Assembly: GCF_049220665.1 (NCBI RefSeq)
Contig: NZ_JBMKNV010000014.1
Coordinates: forward strand, 53,231 to 85,230
DNA from: Metabacillus sp. RGM 3146
GTDB taxonomy: Bacteria > Bacillota > Bacilli > Bacillales > Bacillaceae
Length of the DNA stretch: 32,000 nucleotides
Direction: 5' to 3'
Both the position numbers and the translations under genes were made by a program. Under the pieces are notes generated by a model. The model did not search any database and was not told the DNA's origin. It saw nothing but the letters and a program-made list of their open reading frames with translations. This document shows positions 1-10,147 of the stretch, in pieces (position 1 is the first letter of the stretch; each line of letters starts with the position of its first letter).

Positions 1-518
1 ATCCTGAAATGAGTCATCACCATTCAGACTCTGAAGAACCATCATTTCCAGCCAATAAATCAGCAATAGAAGATGTAACGATCCCTTTAATTAACACAAA
101 AGGAGAAAAAAGCGGGACAGCTGTCCTTTCAGAAACCTTCAAAGGCATAAATGTCCATGTCATAGCTAAAGGACTTGCCCCTGGAGAAAAAGCCATCCAT
201 TTACATGAAAAAGGGATCTGTAAAATACCCGATTTTATGACTGCAGGCGGCCATTTTAATCCGGATCATAAAATGCATGGCCTGAAAAATCCTAAGGGCC
301 CCCATGCTGGGGACATGCTCAATATTCTCGTACCAGAAAACGGTAAAGTGGATGTGAATGTTACAGCCCCATTTGTAACCCTTGAGGAAGGCAAAAAAAA
401 TTCGCTTTTGGATGAAGACGGCAGCGCCCTGATGATCCATGAAAAAGCAGACGATTATGAAACAGATCCCGCAGGAAATGCAGGAAAGAGAATTATATGC
501 GGTGTTATAAAGAAATAG
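1..518 (+). CDS. sodC: Cu/Zn superoxide dismutase family protein (SodC/YojM-like), probably 5'-truncated by the window edge
   Basis: ORF track 9..518. There is no in-frame stop between the window edge and the first ATG, and no signal or lipoprotein peptide is visible, so the true start is probably upstream. Cu/Zn-SOD motifs present: AIHLHEKG, GGHFNP, HKMHG...PHAGD, LMIHEKADD. Confidence 0.85.
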   Translation, partial: PEMSHHHSDSEEPSFPANKSAIEDVTIPLINTKGEKSGTAVLSETFKGINVHVIAKGLAPGEKAIHLHEKGICKIPDFMTAGGHFNPDHKMHGLKNPKGPHAGDMLNILVPENGKVDVNVTAPFVTLEEGKKNSLLDEDGSALMIHEKADDYETDPAGNAGKRIICGVIKK

Positions 519-526
519 AAGAAAAG

Positions 527-556
527 CGGCCATCCATCTGGATCAGCCGTTTTTTT
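527..556 (+). terminator. Rho-independent terminator after sodC
   Basis: Imperfect hairpin CGGC-ATCC...GGAT-GCCG followed by a T7 run (551-556). Confidence 0.6.
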
Positions 557-561
557 CATTT

Positions 562-711
562 GGCTGTTTTCGAGAGAGATTGTTGTTTTTCGTACATGCT
601 TTTATCACGCATTTAGACGAGCATCGGGGCATCTTTTCTTAAAGTTTTTGCCATCCCAATGGCTTCTAGGACTAAATATAGGTCATGAGCAACAAAGTTT
701 AAGAAAAGAGC
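562..711 (+). repeat. Intergenic MITE/REP-like repeat, short form, copy A1
   Basis: About 150 bp, from GGCTGTTTTCG to AAGTTTAAGAAAAGAGC. Nearly identical in reverse complement to 23777-23926. Related to 18532-18684 and to the left half at 23057-23138. Confidence 0.85.
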
Positions 712-733
712 TTTTCATTTTGAAAGAGCAGTT

Positions 734-778
734 ATTGAATATTCAATTTTTGTATAGTTACAGCGATTTTAGTATACT
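734..778 (+). promoter_or_regulatory. Perfect 14-bp palindrome ATTGAATATTCAAT abutting a candidate sigma-A promoter (TTGTAT-17-TATACT)
   Basis: Palindrome at 734-747. -35 TTGTAT at 750-755, 17-nt spacer, -10 TATACT at 773-778. It lies about 260 nt upstream of the AAA+ gene start, so the target is uncertain. Confidence 0.3.
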
Positions 779-1040
779 TTTTAAAGGGTAAATTTCATGC
801 ATCAATGCTTGTATTTATAAACGGAGCATGTGGCTTGATTTAATGCGGTTTTATTCTTAATTTTTTCTGCTTTTTCATGATTTAATTGAATTCTGAAAAT
901 TATACATCTCTGAATTTTAAGAATAGTTGCCGCAAAGCTTTCTTCAAGCGGGTTCTAAACACGAAAGAAGAGCAGCAAATTTTTTATGAGAACAGCCATT
1001 TATTCATTCATATTGCTAATTGTCTGGAGAGGATTTATAC

Positions 1041-1931
1041 ATGAAAAATAATTTAGAGTCTATGCTTCTGCCTTCCAAAGTGAAGGAGCTTTTAACGAAT
1101 AGAACATTTTCAGCTGGAACAGAGGAAGAATTGTCACTTATCGGTGAAGGCGGTTTTGCTGCTGAAGATGAAGCGATCCTTATCGATGCTGTCATTTCGC
1201 TTTCTCTTGGTAAAAATGTTCTGCTAAAAGGTCCAACAGGATCTGGGAAAACGAGATTAGCTGAAACCTTGTCCTATTTGTTTCAGCAGCCTATGCACAG
1301 TATTAATTGCTCTGTCGATTTGGATGCTGAAGCACTGCTTGGTTATAAGACCATCCAAACAAATGGCCAAGAAACAAATATTGAATTTGTCCCAGGACCC
1401 GTTATTAAAGCTATGACGAAGGGTCATTTATTGTATATTGATGAAATTAATATGGCAAAGCCTGAAACCCTTCCAATATTGAATGGAGTGCTTGATTATC
1501 GGAAAAGAATTACGAATCCATTTACAGGCGATGTTGTTTCAGGAAAAAAGAGCTTTGGAGTCATTGCTGCTATCAATGAGGGCTATGTAGGAACAGTTCC
1601 ATTGAATGAGGCGCTGAAAAATCGGTTCGTCATCATAGATGTCCCTTATGTACAAGGTGAACAGCTGAAAAATGTGCTGAAAACCCAGACGATATTGGAA
1701 AATGATAAATTATTAGATAGGTTTGTCAGGTTCTCAAGCGATTTGATCTTACAGGTGAAAAACGGCCAGATTTCAGAAGAAGCAGCATCGGTCAGGGCGC
1801 TTATAGACGCTTGTGACCTTGCCGCTTTTATGCCTGCTATTCGTGCAATTGAACGCAGCATTGTAGAAAAATTGGAAGATGACAGGGAAAAAGCAGCCAT
1901 TCGAAATATTTCCGAAACTCTTTTTGAGTGA
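1041..1931 (+). CDS. MoxR/CbbQ-NorQ family AAA+ ATPase (B. subtilis YojN-like)
   Basis: Walker A GPTGSGKT and Walker B LLYIDEIN. The ATG at 1041 is preferred over the TTG at 1020 because GGAGAGG (1026-1032) sits 8 nt upstream of it. Confidence 0.85.
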   Translation: MKNNLESMLLPSKVKELLTNRTFSAGTEEELSLIGEGGFAAEDEAILIDAVISLSLGKNVLLKGPTGSGKTRLAETLSYLFQQPMHSINCSVDLDAEALLGYKTIQTNGQETNIEFVPGPVIKAMTKGHLLYIDEINMAKPETLPILNGVLDYRKRITNPFTGDVVSGKKSFGVIAAINEGYVGTVPLNEALKNRFVIIDVPYVQGEQLKNVLKTQTILENDKLLDRFVRFSSDLILQVKNGQISEEAASVRALIDACDLAAFMPAIRAIERSIVEKLEDDREKAAIRNISETLFE

Positions 1932-1940
1932 GGTTTTAAA

Positions 1941-3863
1941 ATGAAATTCATTAAATTTAATGACAGTCAAATTGATTCTTTTTTATTTATGGAGCTTGGT
2001 GATCTTGCTAAAACGCTAACGAAAAATGCTGATACGGAAATCCAATATGAAGTTCAATCTTATTTAGATCCATTCCATCAAGTGATCTATTTAAGCCATT
2101 TCTGGAACCAAAGGCCGTTCCAGGATACTGTTGCAGGACTGAAAAGCGATTTATATCTCCGGTCAATTGGAAGCTTTTTTTATACAGACCACATGGTTGT
2201 GAGGCAGTTCTTGAAAGATATAAAAAAAAGCCCGTTATCCGGATTTGGCAAACAGCTTTTTACTTTGCTTGAGGACATTCGGCTTGAAGAAATTTGTAAA
2301 TCGGAAAGACCTGGAACGGCAAAATACTTTATAAAGCGCAGAGAGCTGTACCGGAGATTTTTTAAAACGCAGATGACTATTAATCTGGAAAGAAGCATTT
2401 TCACTGATGCCCTTTTTAATGGGGTTTATTTGAAAGTAACAGCTGGGTCTCCCCTTGATTCCTTACCCTTTATCCTTGAAGATTTGCTGCTTTTGCTGCC
2501 ATTTCTGGAAAATGAACTATCAAAAGTTTATGATGCAAACGCCACTTCAGATATTGCAAAACTTACTTTGAATATACTTGAGGTTTTGGAAGAAGTGTTG
2601 GTTAAGGATATGCTGAATACTTATTTTTTCCTATCAGAAAGTATTTATGATGAAATAGATACAGGGATGACTTTTGATGAACTGAAAAGAAAATCCAAGC
2701 TGGATCAAGATGACTCACTTGGCAAACTGGAAAAAGAAGACAAAGATGTTCATGAGGATAAGCTTCCAACCTGGCATAGAGAAACAAGTGAAGCAACCAA
2801 AAGCTTTCTCAAATTTGATCTGGAACACGGCTCCAAAACTGATTTGGAAGGAAACGGCGTCAGGGAGGGAGAAGATGGAGAACAGGCTTTAGGGACGGTT
2901 CAGGGTTCAGCTCGAAGTACAGCAAGAAAAGATTATTCAAAGCTTGAAGCACTTGATGATAAAAGGAAGGGAGAGGAGTTTAGTGCGGAACATCTGTACG
3001 GGAAAGACAATTCCTATGCTGTGCCTTTCTTTTTGGAGCCGAGAGCTTCACTAAGCGAAGAAGTAAAAAAATACAGGGATTACAAGTACGATATTTTAAT
3101 ATATCAGAAAAAAATGAAGCAGATGATTCAAAAAATGCTGGAGCATAAAAGAAATATGCCTAGGAATGATTTGCACATAGGGCGGTTAAACAAAAAGCTT
3201 CTCAGGCTTCTGACAGAGGATAATCCAAGAATGTTTTATAAAAAAGACCGGCCGTCAAATCAAATTGATGCTGTTTTTTCATTGCTTGTCGATTGTTCCG
3301 CTTCCATGTTTGATAAAATGGACGAGACAAAACGCGGAATTGTACTCTTTCACGAAGCATTAAAATCAGTGCAAGTCCCTCATCAGGTTACAGGTTTTTG
3401 GGAAGACACAGGAGATGCAACTGCAACGTATCAGCCAAATTATTTTAAAAGAGTGCTCTCCTACAAAGATTCGCTAAAATCAGAGAGCGGACCAGCGATC
3501 ATGCAGCTTGAACCGGAGGAAGACAATAGAGACGGATATGCGATCCGTCATATGTCAAATGAGCTTTCAGCAAGATCAGAAAAACAAAAGTTTCTTCTTG
3601 TCTTCTCAGACGGGGAACCGGCAGCAATGAATTACGAACAAAATGGAATTGTCGATACACACGAAGCGGTACTTGAAGCCCGCAAACAGGGGATTGAAGT
3701 AATCAATGTGTTCCTTTCCAATGGGGAAGTGGAAGAAAGCCAATACAATACAATAAAGAATATATACGGCAATTTCAGTATAATGGTTACAGATGTGGAA
3801 GAACTTCCTGATGTACTATTTCCATTGTTAAAAAAGCTGTTAAAAAAGAGTCTTCGCCAGTGA
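1941..3863 (+). CDS. von Willebrand factor A domain protein, NorD/CbbO-like partner of the AAA+ ATPase (YojO-like)
   Basis: 640-aa ORF starting 10 nt after the ATPase stop. C-terminal vWA domain with MIDAS-type DCSAS followed by LLVFSDGEP. Confidence 0.8.
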   Translation: MKFIKFNDSQIDSFLFMELGDLAKTLTKNADTEIQYEVQSYLDPFHQVIYLSHFWNQRPFQDTVAGLKSDLYLRSIGSFFYTDHMVVRQFLKDIKKSPLSGFGKQLFTLLEDIRLEEICKSERPGTAKYFIKRRELYRRFFKTQMTINLERSIFTDALFNGVYLKVTAGSPLDSLPFILEDLLLLLPFLENELSKVYDANATSDIAKLTLNILEVLEEVLVKDMLNTYFFLSESIYDEIDTGMTFDELKRKSKLDQDDSLGKLEKEDKDVHEDKLPTWHRETSEATKSFLKFDLEHGSKTDLEGNGVREGEDGEQALGTVQGSARSTARKDYSKLEALDDKRKGEEFSAEHLYGKDNSYAVPFFLEPRASLSEEVKKYRDYKYDILIYQKKMKQMIQKMLEHKRNMPRNDLHIGRLNKKLLRLLTEDNPRMFYKKDRPSNQIDAVFSLLVDCSASMFDKMDETKRGIVLFHEALKSVQVPHQVTGFWEDTGDATATYQPNYFKRVLSYKDSLKSESGPAIMQLEPEEDNRDGYAIRHMSNELSARSEKQKFLLVFSDGEPAAMNYEQNGIVDTHEAVLEARKQGIEVINVFLSNGEVEESQYNTIKNIYGNFSIMVTDVEELPDVLFPLLKKLLKKSLRQ

Positions 3864-3884
3864 AAATGCGAAGGCTCTTTTATT
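3846..3884 (+). terminator. Rho-independent terminator overlapping the end of the vWA gene
   Basis: AAGAGTCTTCGC...GCGAAGGCTCTT stem (one mismatch) followed by TTTTATT. Confidence 0.65.
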
Positions 3885-3950
3885 CATTAAACAAAAAACC
3901 CTAAATTTTTTGTTTTTTACTATTATTTTTAAAAATTCTATCGATAATTG

Positions 3951-3980
3951 TTGGAAAGTATGCAGTCAGAGTGGTAAAAT
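3951..3980 (+). promoter_or_regulatory. Candidate sigma-A promoter for odhAB
   Basis: TTGGAA (3951-3956), 18-nt spacer, TAAAAT (3975-3980) preceded by TGg (extended -10-like). Confidence 0.3.
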
Positions 3981-4101
3981 AGCTGTGGAAGCGTTTTAGC
4001 TTTTTTTATCCTTTCATTTTACCCGATTTGTTTCGGAAATTGTATATCGAAATAGTATCCATTAATAAGCATTTGGTAATTTACAGTTGGGGGTAATGTC
4101 A

Positions 4102-6954
4102 ATGTCACAAACTGCACCAAAGCCTCAAGTTTCATGGGAAGACTTTCACGGTCCCAATCTCGGCTATGTTATGGATTTATATGAGCAATATCTTGAAAAT
4201 CCTGAATCCGTTGATGCCGATCTAAAAGAATTATTTGACACTCTTGGGGAACCATCTGAAACAGAAATACAGGGAAGAGTTCATCAGCCATCCAGTGCAC
4301 CAGCTGAATTATCTGCATTTTCTGCAGACAAAATCCAGAAGATTGCATCTGCCGTAAAATTGGCTGAAGATATCCGGACATACGGACACGTTTATGCTTC
4401 TATTTATCCTCTCGGCAACGATGAGAATAAAGAAGATTTTTTGCGTTTAGAGGATTATCAGCTTACTGAAAATGACTTAAAGGAAATTCCAGTTCATGTT
4501 TTATGCCCAGATGCACCGAAAGATTTAAAGGATGGATACGAAGCAATAAATTATTTAAGGGAAACCTATAAAAAATCAATTGCTTTTGAATTTGACCATG
4601 TGCATCATATTGAAGAAAAAAATTGGCTGAAAAGAATTGTGGAATCAGGGGATATTTTCACAGTTCAATCAACTGAAAAAAAAGCGGCTGTTTTAAAGCG
4701 GCTGATGGAAGTTGAAGGATTTGAAAAATACCTTCACCGCACATTTGTCGGTCAAAAGCGTTTTTCAATCGAAGGACTTGATATGCTTGTTCCAATGCTT
4801 GATGACCTTATTTCAGGTGCTGTTCATGCTGGAACAAAAACAGTCAATATAGGGATGGCTCACAGAGGCCGGCTGAACGTTTTAGCTCATGTTTTAGGAA
4901 AACCATATGAAATCATTTTCTCTGAATTCCAGCATGCTCCAAATAAAGAGCTAGTTCCTTCAGAGGGATCTATCGGCATTAACTACGGCTGGAGCGGTGA
5001 TGTGAAATATCACCTTGGAGCAGACAGACAAATTAAAGATGAAAGCACAGTTCGCGCTAGACTTACCCTTGCAAATAACCCGAGCCATCTTGAATTTGTG
5101 GATCCGATTGTTGAAGGCTACACTCGCGCAGCTCAAGACTCAAGATATGGACAAGGGTTTCCTGAACAGGATATCAGCAAATCGCTTGCTGTTCTGATTC
5201 ATGGTGATGCAGCATTTCCTGGAGAGGGAATTGTCGCTGAAACCCTAAACTTGAGCAGGCTGAAAGGTTATCAGACTGGCGGAACGATACATATTATTGC
5301 AAATAATGTGATTGGATTTACAACAGAAAGCAAGGATTCACGTTCAACACGTTATGCAAGCGACCTTGCAAAAGGCTATGAAATTCCAATCGTTCACGTA
5401 AATGCAGATGATCCTGAGGCATGCCTTGCTGCAATTACAATGGCGCTTGAATATCGCTATAAATTTAAAAAGGACTTTTTAATAGACCTGATCGGCTATA
5501 GAAGATTCGGCCACAATGAAATGGACGAGCCTATGACAACCCAGCCGCAGGTGTATGAAAAAGTACACAAGCATCCTACAGCAAAAACGCTTTACAGCAA
5601 ATTGCTTCAGAATGAAAATGTCCTTTCAGAGGCTGATGTAAGCGGGCTGGAAGAAGAAGTGCAAAACAAGCTTGAAACAGCTTATAAAAAAGTTCCGAAT
5701 AGACAAGTAACAGAAATTCACGATATCGAGCTTCCGGAAACCATTTTAAACGGCTTCCCGAAAGTGGACACTTCTGTTCCGCTTGAACAATTGCACGGGA
5801 TTAATCGCCAGCTTGTGAAATGGCCTGAAGGCTTTAACATTTTTGGCAAGCTTAAGCGAATTTTAGAGCGAAGAGCAAATGTGATGGAAGAAGACCATAA
5901 AGTAGAATGGGGTCTTGCTGAGACGCTCGCTTTTGGTGCGATTCTTCAGGAAGGCACACCTATCAGGCTGACAGGGCAGGATTCTGAACGCGGAACTTTT
6001 GCGCAGAGAAACCTGGTTCTTCATGACAGCACTACAGGCGAGGTATACTCTCCGCTTCACACGATCGAAGATGTTAAAGCTTCATTTGCTGTTCATAACA
6101 GTCCTCTTTCTGAAGGTTCTGTTCTGGGATTTGAATATGGATATAATGTATTTGCACCGGAAACCCTGGTTCTTTGGGAAGCGCAATATGGAGATTTTGC
6201 AAATGCTGCACAAGTGTTCTTCGACCAATTTATTTCTGCTGGACGAGCAAAATGGGGACAAAAATCAGGACTTGTTATTCTTCTTCCTCACGGATATGAA
6301 GGACAGGGCCCTGAGCATTCAAGCGGCAGACTTGAAAGATTCCTGCAGCTTGCTTCAGAAAACAACTGGACAGTTGCAAATTTAACAAGTGCAGCTCAAT
6401 ATTTCCACATTTTAAGAAGACAGGCTAAAATTCTTCAAAAAGAAGAAGTGCGTCCTTTGATCATCATGACGCCGAAAAGCTTGCTCCGCAATCCGAATAC
6501 CGTTTCTGATGTAGAAGAGCTGAGCAGCGGATCCTTTATGCCTGTGCTTGAACAGCAGGGACTGGGAAGCAGTACTGAAAACGTAAAACGAATCGTCTTC
6601 TGTTCTGGAAAAATTTCCATTGATATTTCTGAAAAGCTTAAAAATATGGAAGGCACTGCAGATGGCATCCATGTAGTCAGAGTAGAAGAAATTTATCCGT
6701 TTCCTAAAAACGAAATCAGTTCCATTCTGAATCGATATTCTGCTCTTAAAGAGATTGTTTGGGTTCAGGAAGAACCTCAGAACATGGGAGCATGGTCCTT
6801 CATGGAAGCAAAGCTCCGCGAAGTTGCACCTGAGAACGTTACCGTTTCATATGAAGGAAGAAGAAGAAGATCTAGTACAGCAGAGGGAGATCCAACGGTT
6901 CATAAGAAAGAACAAGAGCGTATTATTACTGAAGCATTGACATGGAATAACTAA
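4102..6954 (+). CDS. odhA: 2-oxoglutarate dehydrogenase E1 component
   Basis: The roughly 950-aa ORF is colinear with OdhA/SucA ([12 protein letters not shown]-terminus, [17 protein letters not shown]). The track gives a TTG at 4087. The ATG at 4102 (or 4096) fits better with the GGGGG RBS at 4089-4093. Confidence 0.95.
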   Translation: MSQTAPKPQVSWEDFHGPNLGYVMDLYEQYLENPESVDADLKELFDTLGEPSETEIQGRVHQPSSAPAELSAFSADKIQKIASAVKLAEDIRTYGHVYASIYPLGNDENKEDFLRLEDYQLTENDLKEIPVHVLCPDAPKDLKDGYEAINYLRETYKKSIAFEFDHVHHIEEKNWLKRIVESGDIFTVQSTEKKAAVLKRLMEVEGFEKYLHRTFVGQKRFSIEGLDMLVPMLDDLISGAVHAGTKTVNIGMAHRGRLNVLAHVLGKPYEIIFSEFQHAPNKELVPSEGSIGINYGWSGDVKYHLGADRQIKDESTVRARLTLANNPSHLEFVDPIVEGYTRAAQDSRYGQGFPEQDISKSLAVLIHGDAAFPGEGIVAETLNLSRLKGYQTGGTIHIIANNVIGFTTESKDSRSTRYASDLAKGYEIPIVHVNADDPEACLAAITMALEYRYKFKKDFLIDLIGYRRFGHNEMDEPMTTQPQVYEKVHKHPTAKTLYSKLLQNENVLSEADVSGLEEEVQNKLETAYKKVPNRQVTEIHDIELPETILNGFPKVDTSVPLEQLHGINRQLVKWPEGFNIFGKLKRILERRANVMEEDHKVEWGLAETLAFGAILQEGTPIRLTGQDSERGTFAQRNLVLHDSTTGEVYSPLHTIEDVKASFAVHNSPLSEGSVLGFEYGYNVFAPETLVLWEAQYGDFANAAQVFFDQFISAGRAKWGQKSGLVILLPHGYEGQGPEHSSGRLERFLQLASENNWTVANLTSAAQYFHILRRQAKILQKEEVRPLIIMTPKSLLRNPNTVSDVEELSSGSFMPVLEQQGLGSSTENVKRIVFCSGKISIDISEKLKNMEGTADGIHVVRVEEIYPFPKNEISSILNRYSALKEIVWVQEEPQNMGAWSFMEAKLREVAPENVTVSYEGRRRRSSTAEGDPTVHKKEQERIITEALTWNN

Positions 6955-6967
6955 GGGGGAAATGAAA

Positions 6968-8266
6968 ATGGCTGAAATTAAAGTACCGGAACTTGCTGAA
7001 TCTATTTCTGAAGGAACGATTGCCCAATGGCTGAAACAGCCGGGTGATTTTGTAGTACAAGGGGAATATTTGCTTGAACTTGAAACGGATAAAGTAAATG
7101 TTGAATTAACAGCAGAACAATCCGGCGTGCTTAAACAAGTGTTAAAAGAAGCTGGAGACACTGTACAGGTTGGCGAAACGATTGGGATGATCGATGAAAA
7201 TAGACAATCCGGCCAAACGCAAGATGAAACTGCACAAAAAGAAGTGCAGTCTTCCGATCCTCAAGCAGGAAGTCAAGCGCAAACTCCTCCTGCTGATACG
7301 CCAAAAACAGATTACATGCCGGAAAACGAAGCATCTAATGAAGAAAAGAAATCTTCCAGAACGGTTGCTTCTCCTGCAGCAAGAAAATTGGCGAGAGAAA
7401 AAGGAATCAGTCTTGATAATGTTCCGTCATCTGATCCTCTTGGAAGACTTCGCAGACATGACGTTGAGAATTTTGACGGTCAAAAACAGCAGGCTGCAGC
7501 ACCAGAAGCTCAGCAAGCAAAAAAGGAACAGCCTGCAAAACAGCAGCCGGCTGATAATCCTGCCAAGCCGGTTGAGCGTGTGAAAATGTCCCGCAGACGT
7601 CAAACAATAGCAAATCGTCTTGTAGAAGTTCAGCAGAACGCCGCTATGCTGACAACGTTTAATGAAGTAGATATGACGGCTGTAATGGATCTTCGCAAAC
7701 GCCGCAAAGACCGTTTCTTTGAGCAGCATGATGTTCGTCTTGGTTTCATGTCTTTCTTTACAAAAGCAGTAGTTGCTGCATTGAAAAAGTTCCCTCTTGT
7801 GAATTCTGAAATTCAAGGAAATGAGCTTGTTCTGAAAAAATTCTATGATATCGGAATTGCCGTTTCAGCACAGGAAGGACTTGTAGTGCCTGTTGTAAGA
7901 GATGCAGACCGCAAAACATTTGCAGATATTGAAGGTGAAATTTCCGGTCTTGCTAAAAAGGCACGGGATAATAAGCTCAGCCTGAATGAACTGCAAGGCG
8001 GAACCTTTACGATTACAAACGGAGGCGTTTTTGGTTCATTGCTATCTACGCCAATACTTAATGGTCCTCAGGTGGGAATCTTAGGAATGCATAAAATCCA
8101 GGTTCGCCCTGTTGCCATTGATAATGATACAATGGAAAATCGTCCGATGATGTATATCGCATTGTCTTATGACCATCGTGTAATTGATGGCAAGGAAGCT
8201 GTTGGTTTCCTTGTTGCAGTAAAAGAACTTCTTGAAGATCCAGAATCTCTTCTTCTTGAAGGCTGA
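6968..8266 (+). CDS. odhB: 2-oxoglutarate dehydrogenase E2, dihydrolipoyllysine-residue succinyltransferase
   Basis: Lipoyl domain ([11 protein letters not shown]), Ala/Pro/Gln-rich linker, catalytic DHRVIDG. The N-terminus [23 protein letters not shown] matches B. subtilis OdhB from memory. The ATG at 6968 is preferred because the ATG at 6962 is only 2 nt from the RBS AAGGGGGA. Confidence 0.95.
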   Translation: MAEIKVPELAESISEGTIAQWLKQPGDFVVQGEYLLELETDKVNVELTAEQSGVLKQVLKEAGDTVQVGETIGMIDENRQSGQTQDETAQKEVQSSDPQAGSQAQTPPADTPKTDYMPENEASNEEKKSSRTVASPAARKLAREKGISLDNVPSSDPLGRLRRHDVENFDGQKQQAAAPEAQQAKKEQPAKQQPADNPAKPVERVKMSRRRQTIANRLVEVQQNAAMLTTFNEVDMTAVMDLRKRRKDRFFEQHDVRLGFMSFFTKAVVAALKKFPLVNSEIQGNELVLKKFYDIGIAVSAQEGLVVPVVRDADRKTFADIEGEISGLAKKARDNKLSLNELQGGTFTITNGGVFGSLLSTPILNGPQVGILGMHKIQVRPVAIDNDTMENRPMMYIALSYDHRVIDGKEAVGFLVAVKELLEDPESLLLEG

Positions 8267-8277
8267 TATGATTAAAA

Positions 8278-8309
8278 AGGAATTCCGGCAGCGGGATTCC
8301 TTTTTTTTT
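8278..8309 (+). terminator. Rho-independent terminator after odhB
   Basis: AGGAATTCC-ggcagc-GGGATTCCT hairpin followed by a T9 run. Confidence 0.85.
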
Positions 8310-8312
8310 ACT

Positions 8313-8558
8313 CAATGTTTGCTGCTTTTCAAAGTGGCTTAAAACACGCATAGAGACTTCGCTTTTGAAAATTTTTTCTTAAAAATCGCATGTTTATTTC
8401 GGATCTGAATTCACTTAAATGGATGAGCGCTAAAAAGTTGGCTCAGCAAGGGAGAGTCCCGCATGAGCAAAGCGACGAGGAGGCTCTAAGGCAAGCCCGC
8501 TAAAGCTTGAGTGAAATCAACAGCCAAGTTTAAAAGAGCTAAAAAGTTTAAAAAGAAG
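8313..8558 (+). repeat. Intergenic repeat, long form, copy B1
   Basis: Shares flanking modules with the short form (AACACGCAT...TTTTCTTAAA; AAGTTTAAAAGAGC, with the end module tandemly duplicated). Also carries a roughly 66-bp GC-richer core (8448-8513) found again, inverted, at 11394-11459. Confidence 0.8.
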
Positions 8559-8674
8559 AATTTTGCAGATATTGTAGGGTATTTCTTTTAAAATCAGCAG
8601 CTGATGAATAAAATCCTTTCCTGAAGAAAGAATAAGGCAGTATTTATTTAATAAATAAGTAGGGAGGGACTTAC

Positions 8675-8965
8675 ATGTCCAATATTCAGCATGTATTACA
8701 GCAAGCTGTACAAACCTTGCAGCAGGCTCAGCAAAATCCTGAGAATTCAGAAGAACAGCTTAGACAATGCCATGAGCAAATCAAATCCTGCATGAATGAG
8801 CAAGCGGGTCAAGAGCACCAAAAAATGCTTGAAGATATTTGCAATTCTGTGGAGAACGCCATTCATGCATCGAAACAGCCTTCAAACAGCGAATCAGTTA
8901 ACCATTCATTTGAAGAGGCTATTAGGGCATGCGATCAGGCGGCTGATTCGACTTTTTCAAATTAA
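8675..8965 (+). CDS. Small Gln/Glu-rich hypothetical protein (96 aa, 4 Cys)
   Basis: Strong RBS AGGGAGGG about 7 nt upstream of the ATG, and its own terminator downstream. No family recognised. Confidence 0.6.
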   Translation: MSNIQHVLQQAVQTLQQAQQNPENSEEQLRQCHEQIKSCMNEQAGQEHQKMLEDICNSVENAIHASKQPSNSESVNHSFEEAIRACDQAADSTFSN

Positions 8966-8977
8966 ATTGAACATTAG

Positions 8978-9011
8978 CAAAAAAATGCCGGAAGTAATCC
9001 GGCATTTTTTT
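8978..9011. terminator. Bidirectional terminator between convergent genes
   Basis: AATGCCGG-aagtaat-CCGGCATT hairpin flanked by an A-run on the left and a T-run on the right. Confidence 0.85.
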
Positions 9012-9065
9012 ATTCTGCTGTTTTATGGCTATTCATTATTGGGGTTTACTGGTTCTAAAATCCTT

Positions 9066-9974
9066 TTAATACGGCTGCCATTTGATTTTTTTAGCTGTGT
9101 TGTAGCGGATTTCCACCTCCCGCCAGTTCACAACATTCCACCAATTTTCAATATACTTTGCTCTGTCATTTTTATACTGAAGGTAATAGGCATGCTCCCA
9201 AACATCTAAAACTAGGAGCGGAACAACATCCCATTGGCTTAGATTTTGGTGCTTTTCTGCATTTAAAATTTCCAGCCTTCGGGATCGGGGTGACCAGACT
9301 GCCAATGCCCAACCAGAACCTTCGACATTTTTAGCTGCCTCAGTAAAATGCTGTTTGAAGCTATCAAAGCTTCCAAAAGAGCTTGTAAGTGCTTTTAACA
9401 TCTGACCTCCTGGAGTACTCCCTCCTGGACTCATAATAAACCAGAATATGGTGTGAAGATAATGACCTGCACCGTGAAATGCCGCTTCCCGTTCCCAGTG
9501 CTTGATTAATGTGAAGTTACCGCTTTCTCTAGCTTTTTTCATTTCAAGTTCGGCATTATTTAAACCAGTTATATAGCTTTGATGATGCTTTGTATGATGC
9601 AGCCGCATAATTTCTTCGGATATATATGGCTCCAGTGCGTCGTAAGAATAGGGAAGAGCGGGCAGTTTATGCTGTCCGATAGGCACGGCTTCTGGGTTTT
9701 GCTGGAATTCCCTAAACTGTCTGGATTCACTTAACTCCTGGCTGTACCTCTCTAATAATAAATACAGTTCGTTCGCCTGACCATATAAAGTAGAACTGTT
9801 TCTATGAAAGTAAGAGCTACCTAATGAGGCCTGGAAGATCCGAAATTCCTTTTCCCATTCTTCAATCTGCTGTTCAGTTAATTTTTCCGATAAGGCGGCC
9901 TTAATTTCCGGCCATTGAACATTTATTTCATCACACCATTGTTTTAAGGTTTGAATGTAAGGTTCACTCTGCAA
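9066..9974 (-). CDS. sodF: Fe/Mn superoxide dismutase with an N-terminal extension of about 100 aa (SodF-like)
   Basis: The C-terminal two-thirds is a canonical Fe/Mn SOD (LPYSYDALEPYI, HHTKHH, DVWEHAYY). TTG start at 9974 with RBS AAGGAGGAG 7 nt upstream. Confidence 0.85.
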   Translation of the reverse strand: MQSEPYIQTLKQWCDEINVQWPEIKAALSEKLTEQQIEEWEKEFRIFQASLGSSYFHRNSSTLYGQANELYLLLERYSQELSESRQFREFQQNPEAVPIGQHKLPALPYSYDALEPYISEEIMRLHHTKHHQSYITGLNNAELEMKKARESGNFTLIKHWEREAAFHGAGHYLHTIFWFIMSPGGSTPGGQMLKALTSSFGSFDSFKQHFTEAAKNVEGSGWALAVWSPRSRRLEILNAEKHQNLSQWDVVPLLVLDVWEHAYYLQYKNDRAKYIENWWNVVNWREVEIRYNTAKKIKWQPY

Positions 9975-10147
9975 ATGTCAACTCCTCCTTAGACTAAGGC
10001 TACGGTATAATACATATTCTGCTGGGACAGTTCCAATGAAAAAAAGAGATGCACGGATTTACTGATTAAGGGAGCAGGAGAATCCTAGTTTGTGGAGAAA
10101 AAGTATTGATAACTGTGATTTATAGGCATAAAAGGAGAAGTTGACTA

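Noticed and set aside
8796-9209. 137-aa plus-strand ORF
   Set aside because: It is out of frame within the small Gln-rich gene. It then reads through the bidirectional terminator and into the antisense of sodF.
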